Origin: an uncultured Bacilli bacterium
Lineage (GTDB): Bacteria; Bacillota_I; Bacilli_A; RF39; UBA660
DNA length: 64,000 bases
Direction of reading: 5' to 3'
Assembly (NCBI GenBank): GCA_947626565.1
Contig: CANQSQ010000002.1
Location: 1,003 to 65,002 of the forward strand
Position numbers and translations under genes: made by a program. Below the pieces are notes generated by a model, which saw only the letters and a list, made by a program, of their open reading frames with translations, made no database searches and was not told the origin of the DNA. This document shows positions 56,066-64,000 of this stretch, in pieces. Each line of letters opens with the position of its first letter. The first letter of the stretch is position 1.

Positions 56066-56710
56066 ATGACTTGTGTATATGATGTATTACTAAATTTTAC
56101 GAATGATTTAGAGTTAATTGATTTTTTTGAGTGGCAAGAAAAAGATATTGTAGAGCATATAAAAAAAATTTATTTAGTAAGAATTAGTTCACAAATGATG
56201 GATGATATTTTAAAGTATCGTATTAAAGTAAGTAAAGAATTTTTAGAAGAGATTAATAATAAGACAATATTATATAAAAATAAACGTATAATTAAATATG
56301 CAGCTCTTTTTACTGATTTTAATAAAGTAGTTGCTTTAGAATTTGATAATAATGGAGTGGTAATAGCGAGAAGTTCCTTGCTTTTAGATGAAGAAGAAGA
56401 TATTATTGAAGAATGCAGTAATATAGAAAAAATTTCGGTAAAATATGAGAAAATAGGTAAATATCAAAATAAATTATTTTTAACAAGAGAAGAAAGATTA
56501 CGAAGAAATTACTTAATAAAAGAAATAAAATTGACCTATGAAAATAAGTGGTATGATAAGTTAGAATATCTTTATCAAGAAATTTATGAAAGTGATGATA
56601 AAGATATAGCCCTTAAATATAGGGTACTGATGAATGATTTAATTAATAATTATAGTAATCAACATAATAAGTTATATGAAATTGTGCGATTAACTTATAC
56701 AAAAAAATAG
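56066..56710 (+). CDS. DUF3603 (YjbA-like) protein
   Basis: YDVLLNF, FFEW..D.VEHI, RSSLL; convergent with trpS as yjbA is in Bacillus. Confidence 0.8.
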   Translation: MTCVYDVLLNFTNDLELIDFFEWQEKDIVEHIKKIYLVRISSQMMDDILKYRIKVSKEFLEEINNKTILYKNKRIIKYAALFTDFNKVVALEFDNNGVVIARSSLLLDEEEDIIEECSNIEKISVKYEKIGKYQNKLFLTREERLRRNYLIKEIKLTYENKWYDKLEYLYQEIYESDDKDIALKYRVLMNDLINNYSNQHNKLYEIVRLTYTKK

Positions 56711-56728
56711 ACTTTAATAGTCTATTTT
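56702..56728. terminator. Bidirectional terminator between convergent genes
   Basis: aaaaaatagact-ttaat-agtctatttt. Confidence 0.6.
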
Positions 56729-57715
56729 CATGGCTTTTTTTATTTTGGACATTTGCTCTTGAGCTTTTTGTAGAGCTTGAGAAGTTCCTTCTTTGAGAAT
56801 TTGATCAACAACTTCAGGATGTTCATCGTAATATTTTCTTTGTTCTTGAATAGGTTTTAAAAAATTATTCATGGCTTCAATAAGTTCTTTTTTACATTGA
56901 ACACAACCACGAGTTCCTTTTTGACATTCAGAACAAACTTTAGTAGTATTTGCTTCTTTATTTACTAGTTTGTGGTAGTAATAAACCATACAGACATCGG
57001 GGTTAGCTGGATCATCTTTTTTTATTTTATTAGTATCAGTTAAAGCACCCATTATTTTTTTTCTGATTGTTTCTTCATCATCAACTAAGTAAATAGCATT
57101 GCCTAGACTTTTACCCATTTTATCATTACCATCTAATCCTTTAACACGAGTAGTGGTACTTAAAACTTGGGTAGGTTCTTTAAGGGTTTCTCCATAAATA
57201 GAATTGAATTTACGGACAATTTCTCGACATTGTTCTAAAAGAGGTAATTGATCATCACCAACAGGAACTAATTCTCCATCAAAGGTAGTAATATCAGCAG
57301 CTTGACTGACAGGGTAACCTAAAAAACCATAGGTAATGCTTTCACCATTGTTACCAAAAAGTTCTTTTTTTTGCGCAATTTCAGTTTTTACGGTAGGATT
57401 TCTTTGGAGACGAGAAACAGTAACAAGATTAGAGTAAAAAACAGTAAGTTCAGCTATTTGCGGTATTTTAGATTGAATAAAAATATGAACTTTATGAGGA
57501 TCGAGACCGATAGCTAGAAGATCTTTGGTAATTTCATAAACATTTTTACGAACTTTATCAGGATTATCAAAATTATCAGTTAAAGCTTGGACATCAGCTA
57601 TTTCTAGATAAAAATCATAATCATCTTGCATTTTTAAATAATTTTTACCAGCACCAAAGTAATGTCCTAAATGTAAGTTACCTGTTGGACGTAATCCAGT
57701 AAGAATTGTTTTCAT
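56714..57715 (-). CDS. trpS: Tryptophan--tRNA ligase
   Basis: TGLRPTGNLHLGH, YPVSQAADI, VPVGDDQ, KMGKS. Confidence 0.97.
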   Translation of the reverse strand: MKTILTGLRPTGNLHLGHYFGAGKNYLKMQDDYDFYLEIADVQALTDNFDNPDKVRKNVYEITKDLLAIGLDPHKVHIFIQSKIPQIAELTVFYSNLVTVSRLQRNPTVKTEIAQKKELFGNNGESITYGFLGYPVSQAADITTFDGELVPVGDDQLPLLEQCREIVRKFNSIYGETLKEPTQVLSTTTRVKGLDGNDKMGKSLGNAIYLVDDEETIRKKIMGALTDTNKIKKDDPANPDVCMVYYYHKLVNKEANTTKVCSECQKGTRGCVQCKKELIEAMNNFLKPIQEQRKYYDEHPEVVDQILKEGTSQALQKAQEQMSKIKKAMKIDY

Positions 57716-57913
57716 AAATTTATACCTATAATCTAATTATTTATAACTTATTAGATTCCTTTCACTTATATTTTTATAGTTAAATTATACTTTTGAAAGA
57801 AACAACATTTTAAAATTAGAGTGATTTAAAATAATATTGTGCTTTCTTTTTATATTTTATCATGTATAATAGTTATTAGTAAATTAAAAGTTAAAGGAAA
57901 GATGGGGATTAGT

Positions 57914-58501
57914 ATGGGTAAAATAGTTTTATTGATAGGACCTTCGGCTTCGGGAAAGGATACTTTACTTAGAGAAGTTAAAAATTTAGATGGAATGGAG
58001 TTTAAGGATATTATTTTACATACAACTAGACCAATGCGAGTAAATGAGGAGAATGGCCGAGAGTATTATTTTTGTAGTGAAGAGGAAATGCAAAAATTAG
58101 AAGAAGAGGGAAAAATAATTGAAAGAAGAACTTATAATACAATTTATGGTCCCTGGCATTATTTTACAGTAAGTAGTGAATTTAATTTGAAGGAGAAAAA
58201 TTATATTGGACTAAATACTTTGGAGGGGCTAGATCAATATTTAAAGTTTTATAATAAGGAAGATATTATTTCTTTTTATATTCATGTTGATGAAGAAGTT
58301 AGATTAGAAAGAGCTTTGGAAAGAGAAAAAAGGGAAGAAAAGCCTAAATATAAGGAATTATGTAGACGGTTTTTAGCTGATTGTGAAGATTTTTCCCAAG
58401 AAAATATTAGGAAAAGACCAATTACAGCTTGTATTGATAATAGTGGGGAAATTAATGATTCAGTTAAACAAATAGAAAAAGTTTTACGTAAAAGTTTGTA
58501 A
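57914..58501 (+). CDS. Guanylate kinase-like protein
   Basis: GPSASGKDT, HTTRPMR..E.NGREYYF; start placed at ATG 57914. Confidence 0.8.
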   Translation: MGKIVLLIGPSASGKDTLLREVKNLDGMEFKDIILHTTRPMRVNEENGREYYFCSEEEMQKLEEEGKIIERRTYNTIYGPWHYFTVSSEFNLKEKNYIGLNTLEGLDQYLKFYNKEDIISFYIHVDEEVRLERALEREKREEKPKYKELCRRFLADCEDFSQENIRKRPITACIDNSGEINDSVKQIEKVLRKSL

Positions 58502-58552
58502 TTATAACCTTTTAGTGGTATAATATGCCTAATTTTGAGGGGGAAAAAGAAT

Positions 58553-58927
58553 ATGAATACGCTTAATTTTTTAGATAAATTAAGACTTGATGAATTAGTT
58601 GAGTTACAAAATTATGTGCAGAATAATACACGAAAAGATTTGAAAAAAGAAATAAAAAGGTTAATAAAAGAAAAAGATGAACAGAGAAAGAGAAGTTTAA
58701 ACTATCGTGTAAAATTAGAAGATATAAGTACTTTTACTTTGGAAGATAGATTAGTTTTGAAAAGAAATAATATAAATAATATGCAAGACTTAGTAGAAGC
58801 TAAGATAGAAAAGTTAAAGGGAATAGATTTAATAACAAAAGAGTCTTTGGAATGGGCTCAGAGTTTTTATGATTTTAGTGGTTTAGAGGAACATAATGAT
58901 AGTAATAAGCATAATATAGTAAAGTAG
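58553..58927 (+). CDS. Hypothetical protein with RNA polymerase alpha-CTD-like C-terminal motif
   Basis: RBS gagggg, ATG 58553; LKRNNINNMQDL..KLKGI resembles alpha-CTD LKRAGINTVQEL. Confidence 0.6.
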   Translation: MNTLNFLDKLRLDELVELQNYVQNNTRKDLKKEIKRLIKEKDEQRKRSLNYRVKLEDISTFTLEDRLVLKRNNINNMQDLVEAKIEKLKGIDLITKESLEWAQSFYDFSGLEEHNDSNKHNIVK

Positions 58928-58934
58928 TAATAAT

Positions 58935-58963
58935 TTGACAAAGTAAAAAAATTGTAGTAAGCT
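58935..58963 (+). promoter_or_regulatory. Promoter of the T-box leader
   Basis: TTGACA-17 bp-TAAGCT. Confidence 0.65.
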
Positions 58964-58969
58964 TATAGA

Positions 58970-59225
58970 GAAATCAATGAAGAAGACGAGTAAAAGTTAA
59001 GCAACTTTTATAGAGAGTTAGGGTGTGGTGGAACCTAATAAAGACTTACTTTGAAAAACACTTCTGAGTACTTAAAGAAATTTTAGTAGACTAAGTCGGT
59101 AGCACACCGTTAAAAGTGCTAAGGTTTGTTGGAACCGAAGGTGATTACAGAAATGTAATAATTAGGGTGGTACCGCGGAACACTAGTTTTCGTCCCTTAG
59201 GGATGAGACTAGTGTTTTTGTTTTG
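58970..59225 (+). promoter_or_regulatory. T-box riboswitch (probable Asn specifier AAC) controlling gatCAB-aspS
   Basis: AGTA, AGAGAG and GGTGGAA stem I motifs; GAAAAAC at 59053-59059; T-box agggtggtaccgcg at 59164-59177; terminator aacactagttttcgtccc/gggatgagactagtgtt + U tract. Confidence 0.92.
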
Positions 59226-59238
59226 AAGGAGGATTAAG

Positions 59239-59538
59239 ATGATAGAAAAAGAAAAATTACAAGATTATGCTCATAAATTAATGTTTGATATGAAAGATGA
59301 AGAATATAAAACATTACAAGAAGAGTTTGCTGTTATATTAAAACAAATGGATTTAATTGGAAAAATACCTAATATAAAAGAAGTAGAACCAATGACATTT
59401 CCCTTTAAAAATACAGATGCAGTATTAAGAGAAGATGAAGTAGGAGATTATTTAACAACAGGAGAAGTCTTAGAAAATGTTAAGCATCAAATAGATGATC
59501 AAGTAAAAGTACCAAGGGTGGTGGATGAAGATGTATAG
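59239..59538 (+). CDS. gatC: Asp-tRNA(Asn)/Glu-tRNA(Gln) amidotransferase subunit C
   Basis: VEPM, LREDE, KVPRV; first gene of gatCAB. Confidence 0.9.
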   Translation: MIEKEKLQDYAHKLMFDMKDEEYKTLQEEFAVILKQMDLIGKIPNIKEVEPMTFPFKNTDAVLREDEVGDYLTTGEVLENVKHQIDDQVKVPRVVDEDV

Positions 59539-61000
59539 AGGAAAGAGTATTGTAGAATTAAGAGATTTAATTGATAAAGGGGATTTAGGTAAAGAAGAGG
59601 TCTTTGAAAAGGCGAATTATTTAGCTCATTTTTTTCAGGATGATTATAATTCTTTTGTAACAATACTTGATAAGTATAAGAGTAAGGATAGTGATAGTGA
59701 TAGTTTACTTAATGGAATACCTTATTCTTTGAAGGATAATTTCTCAACAAGTGGTATTTTGACAACAGCTTCATCTAATATTTTAAGGGATTATGTACCA
59801 GTTTATGATGCGACAGTTTATAAGAAGTTAAAAAAAGCGGGGGCTTCTTTAGTAGGAAAAACAGTTTTAGATGAGTTAGCAATGGGTGGAACAGGAACAA
59901 CTGGACATACAGGAGTGGTAAGAAATCCCTATGATAAAGAGCGTATGATTGGTGGTTCTTCAGCTGGAAGTGTAGCTTCTGTGGCGTTAGGAATAGTACC
60001 TTTTTCCATTGGCTCTGATACAGGAGATTCAGTAAGAAAGCCGGCTAGTTATGGTGGAGTAGTAGGTTTTAAACCAACTTATGGTTTAATTTCAAGATAT
60101 GGATTATTTGCTTTTGCCTCTAGTCTAGATCATGTAGCGATTGTTACTAGAAGTGTTGAAGATGGTGCTATAGTTGCGGATACTTTAAAAGGTTATGATT
60201 CTTTAGATATGGTTACTTATAAAAGTAGTAAAGAGGAATTTAGAAAGAGTTTAGATAATGATATAAAAGGGAAAAAATTATTTTATATTAAAGAAGTATG
60301 TGGAATGGATGCTTATAAAGATAGTGATGATAAAGAACTTAAAGAAGTATTAGAAAGCTTTCAAGAGGTGTTAGCTGAATGTCGTAAGAAAGGTTTTATT
60401 ATTGAAGAAGTATCAATTGATAAAAAAATACTTGAAGCATTGTATCCTGCTTATATGTGTATTAGTTGTGCTGAGGCAACGTCTAATAATGCTAACTTGA
60501 CAGGAATTCAATTTGGACCTCGGGGTGAGGGAGAAACTATTGAAAGTATTATGTTTGATGCTAGAACAAAAGGATTCTCCGAATTAATTAAAAGACGTTT
60601 TGTATTAGGAAGTTATATTTTACAAAAAGAAAATCAAGAAAAGTTATTTTTAAATGCTTGTCGAGTAAGAAGAATGATTGTTGATAAGATAAATGAATTA
60701 TTCCAAGAATATGATGGAATGATTGCTCCTTGTAGTGGAGGAGTTGCGCCTACTTTTGATAGTAGTAGTGAAAAGTTATCAGATAGATATTTAATTTTAG
60801 AGAATCATTTAGTTATTGGTAATTTTGGAGGTTTTCCATCTATTACAATTCCTTATCATAAAATAAATGGTTTACCAGTAGGTTTAAATATAACAGGTAG
60901 AGTAAAAGAAGATGCGGTTGTTTTGAATATGGCTAAAAAAATAGAAGAGATAACAGGATTAAAAGGTATTTATGCGGAAGTAGGTGATGGTGATGTATAA
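59525..61000 (+). CDS. gatA: Amidotransferase subunit A
   Basis: KDN, GGSSAGS, GSDTGDSVRKPA, GFKPTYG. Confidence 0.95.
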   Translation: MKMYRGKSIVELRDLIDKGDLGKEEVFEKANYLAHFFQDDYNSFVTILDKYKSKDSDSDSLLNGIPYSLKDNFSTSGILTTASSNILRDYVPVYDATVYKKLKKAGASLVGKTVLDELAMGGTGTTGHTGVVRNPYDKERMIGGSSAGSVASVALGIVPFSIGSDTGDSVRKPASYGGVVGFKPTYGLISRYGLFAFASSLDHVAIVTRSVEDGAIVADTLKGYDSLDMVTYKSSKEEFRKSLDNDIKGKKLFYIKEVCGMDAYKDSDDKELKEVLESFQEVLAECRKKGFIIEEVSIDKKILEALYPAYMCISCAEATSNNANLTGIQFGPRGEGETIESIMFDARTKGFSELIKRRFVLGSYILQKENQEKLFLNACRVRRMIVDKINELFQEYDGMIAPCSGGVAPTFDSSSEKLSDRYLILENHLVIGNFGGFPSITIPYHKINGLPVGLNITGRVKEDAVVLNMAKKIEEITGLKGIYAEVGDGDV

Positions 61001-62432
61001 AGTTGTTATAGGGTTAGAAGTACATTGTGAATTAGAGACAAAATCAAAGAATTTTTCGCAAGCTCCTAATAAATTTTCAACATTTCCTAATGAAAATGTG
61101 GCTACTGTTGATTTAGGATTACCAGGAATATTACCGGTAGCTAATAAAGAAGCTTGTCGTAAAGCTTTGTTAACAGCTATGGCTTTGCATTGTGAAAATC
61201 CTGATGAAGTTATTTTTGATCGAAAAAATTATTTTTATCCTGATTTACCTAAGGGATATCAAATTACTCAAGTTACAAAACCAATGGGAAGAAATGGTTA
61301 TTTAGATATAGTGATTAATGGTCAAGTAAAAAGAGTTTTAATTCATCAATTGCATTTGGAAGAAGATACAGCTTCTTTAGAACATCATAATAAATATTCG
61401 TTAATTGATTATAATCGGAGTGGTGTTCCTTTAATTGAAATAGTAACTGAACCTTGTATCGAAAGTGCTGATGAAGCCGTTACATTTTTAGAGGATTTAA
61501 GAGATGTATTTTTATATTTGGGAGTAAGTGAAGCTAAAAGTAATTATGGTCAGATGAGATGTGATGTTAATATTTCATTGATGAAAGAGGGTTCTCAAAA
61601 ATTAGGTACTAAGGTAGAGATGAAAAATATAAATGCCTTTAATAGTGTAAGAGAAGCTATTGTATATGAAATAAAAAGACAGAGTGAAATATTAAATAGT
61701 GGAGGTCAAGTAATTCAAGAAACAAGGCGAATTGCGGAAGATGGAAAAACTTATGCTATGAGGGAGAAAGTTGATGCGGTTGATTATAAGTATTTTGTTG
61801 AGCCTAATATTCCAGCAACACCCCTTACGGATGAATATTTATATGAATTGAAAAAGAGTTTACCAGAATTAAAAATAGATAGATATTTTAAATATATAGA
61901 AAAGTATGGTATAAGTGAATATGATGCTCAAGTATTAACTAAAAGTAGAGATATTGCTGATTATTTTGAAGAGGTTATAGATAAGGTAGATGATATTTCT
62001 TTAGCCGTTAATTTTGTAACAACAGCTATTCTTGGAACATTAAATAAATTAGAAATTGGAATAGATGAGTTGTTTATTAAACCAGAAATGTTAAGTAAAG
62101 TAATTAATTATGTAGAAAAAGGAGATATATCCCTTGATCATGGTAAGAAAATTTTATATGAAGCTATTGAGAAAAAGATTGATCCTAATGAATTAATTAA
62201 AAAAGCTAATTTAAAGCAAATAAATGATGAAGAGGAGTTATTAAAATTAATTAGAAAAGTAATGGATGATAACAAAGAACAAGTAAGACAATATGTAGAA
62301 GAAGATAATATTCATGTAATTAATTTCTTTGTAGGACAAACAATGAAAGTATCTCAAAGACAAGCTAATCCTAATATGTCTTTAGAAATAATAAAGAAAG
62401 AGTTAGAGAGGAGAAAGAAAGATGGCAAATAA
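60993..62432 (+). CDS. gatB: Amidotransferase subunit B
   Basis: VIGLEVH, RKNYFYPDLPKGYQITQ, NRSGVPLIEIVTEP, MRCDVNIS. Confidence 0.97.
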   Translation: MYKVVIGLEVHCELETKSKNFSQAPNKFSTFPNENVATVDLGLPGILPVANKEACRKALLTAMALHCENPDEVIFDRKNYFYPDLPKGYQITQVTKPMGRNGYLDIVINGQVKRVLIHQLHLEEDTASLEHHNKYSLIDYNRSGVPLIEIVTEPCIESADEAVTFLEDLRDVFLYLGVSEAKSNYGQMRCDVNISLMKEGSQKLGTKVEMKNINAFNSVREAIVYEIKRQSEILNSGGQVIQETRRIAEDGKTYAMREKVDAVDYKYFVEPNIPATPLTDEYLYELKKSLPELKIDRYFKYIEKYGISEYDAQVLTKSRDIADYFEEVIDKVDDISLAVNFVTTAILGTLNKLEIGIDELFIKPEMLSKVINYVEKGDISLDHGKKILYEAIEKKIDPNELIKKANLKQINDEEELLKLIRKVMDDNKEQVRQYVEEDNIHVINFFVGQTMKVSQRQANPNMSLEIIKKELERRKKDGK

Positions 62433-64000
62433 ATATAGAACACATAAGTGTGGTGTGTTAAGTGAAAAAGAAATTGGTAAAGAAGTAAAAGTAGCAGGTT
62501 TTATTGAAAATATAAGGGATCATGGAGGCGTTATTTTTGTTGATGTTAGAGATGATTCGGGAGTTATACAAGTAGTTAGTAATGATGATAGTATTTTTGA
62601 GGGAATAACGAGAGAGTCAAGTGTCAGTATTAGTGGAGTAATTCGTAAAAGAGATGAAGATGACTATAATGAAAGAATTACAACCGGGACGATTGAATTA
62701 TTAGTAGATAATATAGATATTTTAGGTAAAGCTAAAAATGTTTTACCTTTTGAAGTAATGACTTCTCATGAAGTAGCAGAGGATGTTAGATTAAAGTATC
62801 GCTATTTGGATTTACGTAATCCTAAGGTTAAGGATAATATTATTTTTCGGTCAAAAGTAATTGATTTTTTAAGGAAATTGATGAAAAAGGAAGGCTTTTT
62901 AGAAGTACAAACACCAATTCTTACCGCATCATCTCCTGAAGGAGCAAGAGACTTTATTGTGCCAAGTCGAAAATTTCATGGAAAGTTTTATGCTTTACCC
63001 CAAGCTCCACAACAATTTAAACAATTATTAATGTGTGGAGGTTTTGATAAGTATTTTCAAATTGCACCTTGTTTTAGAGATGAAGATGCTAGAAGTGATA
63101 GAGTGTATGGGGAGTTTTATCAATTAGATTTAGAGATGGCTTTTGCAGAAGAGGATGATGTTTTACAAGTAGGAGAGAAGATTTTTTATGAGACATTTAA
63201 AAAGTTTGCGAGAGGCAAAAAAATTAGTAAGAAACCATTTGTAAGACTTAGTTATAAAGAAGCTATGGAACGTTTTGGAACAGATAAACCAGATTTAAGA
63301 AATCCATTAGAATTAATTGATTTAACCGAGGTTTTTGCTGAGACAACTTTTCGTCCTTTTCGAGGTGTTACAGTTAAAGGAATAGTAGTTGATGGTATTA
63401 GTGATAAGTCTAATTCATGGTTTAATGAATTAGTGGAGTTTGCGAATGAAATTGGAATGCCAGGAATTGGTTATTTCAAGGTAATGGATGATATGAGTTT
63501 TGCCGGACCAATTGATAAGTTTTTAAGTGAGGAAGAAAGAGATGAGTTAATTAAAGTAGCTAAGTTAAAACCACAAAGTGTTATTTTCTTCATCGCTGAT
63601 CGAAATAAGGCTTATAAATATGCTTCCCAAATTAGAGATGAACTTGGTCGAAAATTAGATTTGATAGATAAAAATGAATATTGTTTTTGTATTGTTAAGG
63701 ATTTTCCAATGTATGAGTGGGATGAAGAAGAAGAGAAATATATTTTTACCCATAATCCATTTAGTATGCCACAAGGAGGAATGGATGCTTTAGAGCATAA
63801 AAAGATTGAAGAAATTTTAGCTTATCAATATGATTTTGTTTGTAATGGCATTGAAATGGCTAGTGGAGCAGTTAGAAATCATGATTTAGATGTGATGAAA
63901 AAAGCTTTTGAGATAGCAGGATATAGTGAGGAAGAATTAGAAAAGAAATTTCAAGCTTTGTATGAAGCCTTTAAGTATGGAGCACCACCACATGCAGGAA
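62422..64000 (+). CDS. aspS: Aspartate--tRNA ligase, probably non-discriminating (partial, runs off window end)
   Basis: ATG 62422: MANKYRTHKCG...RDHGG, YRYLDLR, PEGARDF, ALPQAPQQFKQLLM, FRDED, GAPPHAG; His in RDHGG and the gatCAB context suggest the ND type. Confidence 0.96.
   Translation, partial: MANKYRTHKCGVLSEKEIGKEVKVAGFIENIRDHGGVIFVDVRDDSGVIQVVSNDDSIFEGITRESSVSISGVIRKRDEDDYNERITTGTIELLVDNIDILGKAKNVLPFEVMTSHEVAEDVRLKYRYLDLRNPKVKDNIIFRSKVIDFLRKLMKKEGFLEVQTPILTASSPEGARDFIVPSRKFHGKFYALPQAPQQFKQLLMCGGFDKYFQIAPCFRDEDARSDRVYGEFYQLDLEMAFAEEDDVLQVGEKIFYETFKKFARGKKISKKPFVRLSYKEAMERFGTDKPDLRNPLELIDLTEVFAETTFRPFRGVTVKGIVVDGISDKSNSWFNELVEFANEIGMPGIGYFKVMDDMSFAGPIDKFLSEEERDELIKVAKLKPQSVIFFIADRNKAYKYASQIRDELGRKLDLIDKNEYCFCIVKDFPMYEWDEEEEKYIFTHNPFSMPQGGMDALEHKKIEEILAYQYDFVCNGIEMASGAVRNHDLDVMKKAFEIAGYSEEELEKKFQALYEAFKYGAPPHAG

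Noticed and set aside
57716-57838. T-box or attenuator upstream of trpS
   Set aside because: The region is too short and has no T-box consensus on the minus strand; only an AT-rich inverted repeat (aatctaat/attagatt) of doubtful significance.
1-64000. CRISPR array, rRNA, tRNA, IS element or prophage
   Set aside because: No repeat-spacer pattern, RNA gene signature, transposase or phage structural gene recognised; intergenic spaces are short.
1-64000. Mycoplasma-type genetic code 4
   Set aside because: Genes end properly at TGA (12094, 15170, 38601, 41632) and Trp is encoded by TGG.

Overview
AT-rich, almost entirely plus-strand chromosomal segment of a low-GC Bacillota (Bacilli-type gene order; TGA is used as stop, so code 11; my impression is of a reduced-genome RF39-like gut lineage, which is inference). 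Housekeeping blocks are ireB-ruvX-DUF1292-mltG-trmR-U32 pair-dGTPase-greA, rmuC, yjbA/trpS and T-box-gatCAB-aspS. Between them lies a ~25 kb co-oriented locus (about 25.5-50.3 kb). It joins a Gram-positive Tad/Flp pilus set (CpaB, TadA, TadB, TadC, an unannotated Flp-like pilin, TadE- and TadZ-like genes) directly to a type IV secretion core (VirB2-like pilins, VirB6-like, PrgI/VirB3-like, VirB4, a SpoIID+C39 wall hydrolase, VirD4), plus a class B sortase and Cys-rich surface proteins. No relaxase, integrase or att site is visible, so it looks like a domesticated attachment/protein-delivery machine rather than an ICE. Related signals elsewhere in the window are a pilin-CHAP amidase fusion followed by two candidate immunity paralogues, and two unrelated proteins sharing a C-terminal GKEKVKK tail. 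A separate candidate is a Cys-rich leader peptide plus terminator in front of a RelA/SpoT homologue with a degenerate synthetase site. All domain calls are by-eye motif recognition; no searches were run.
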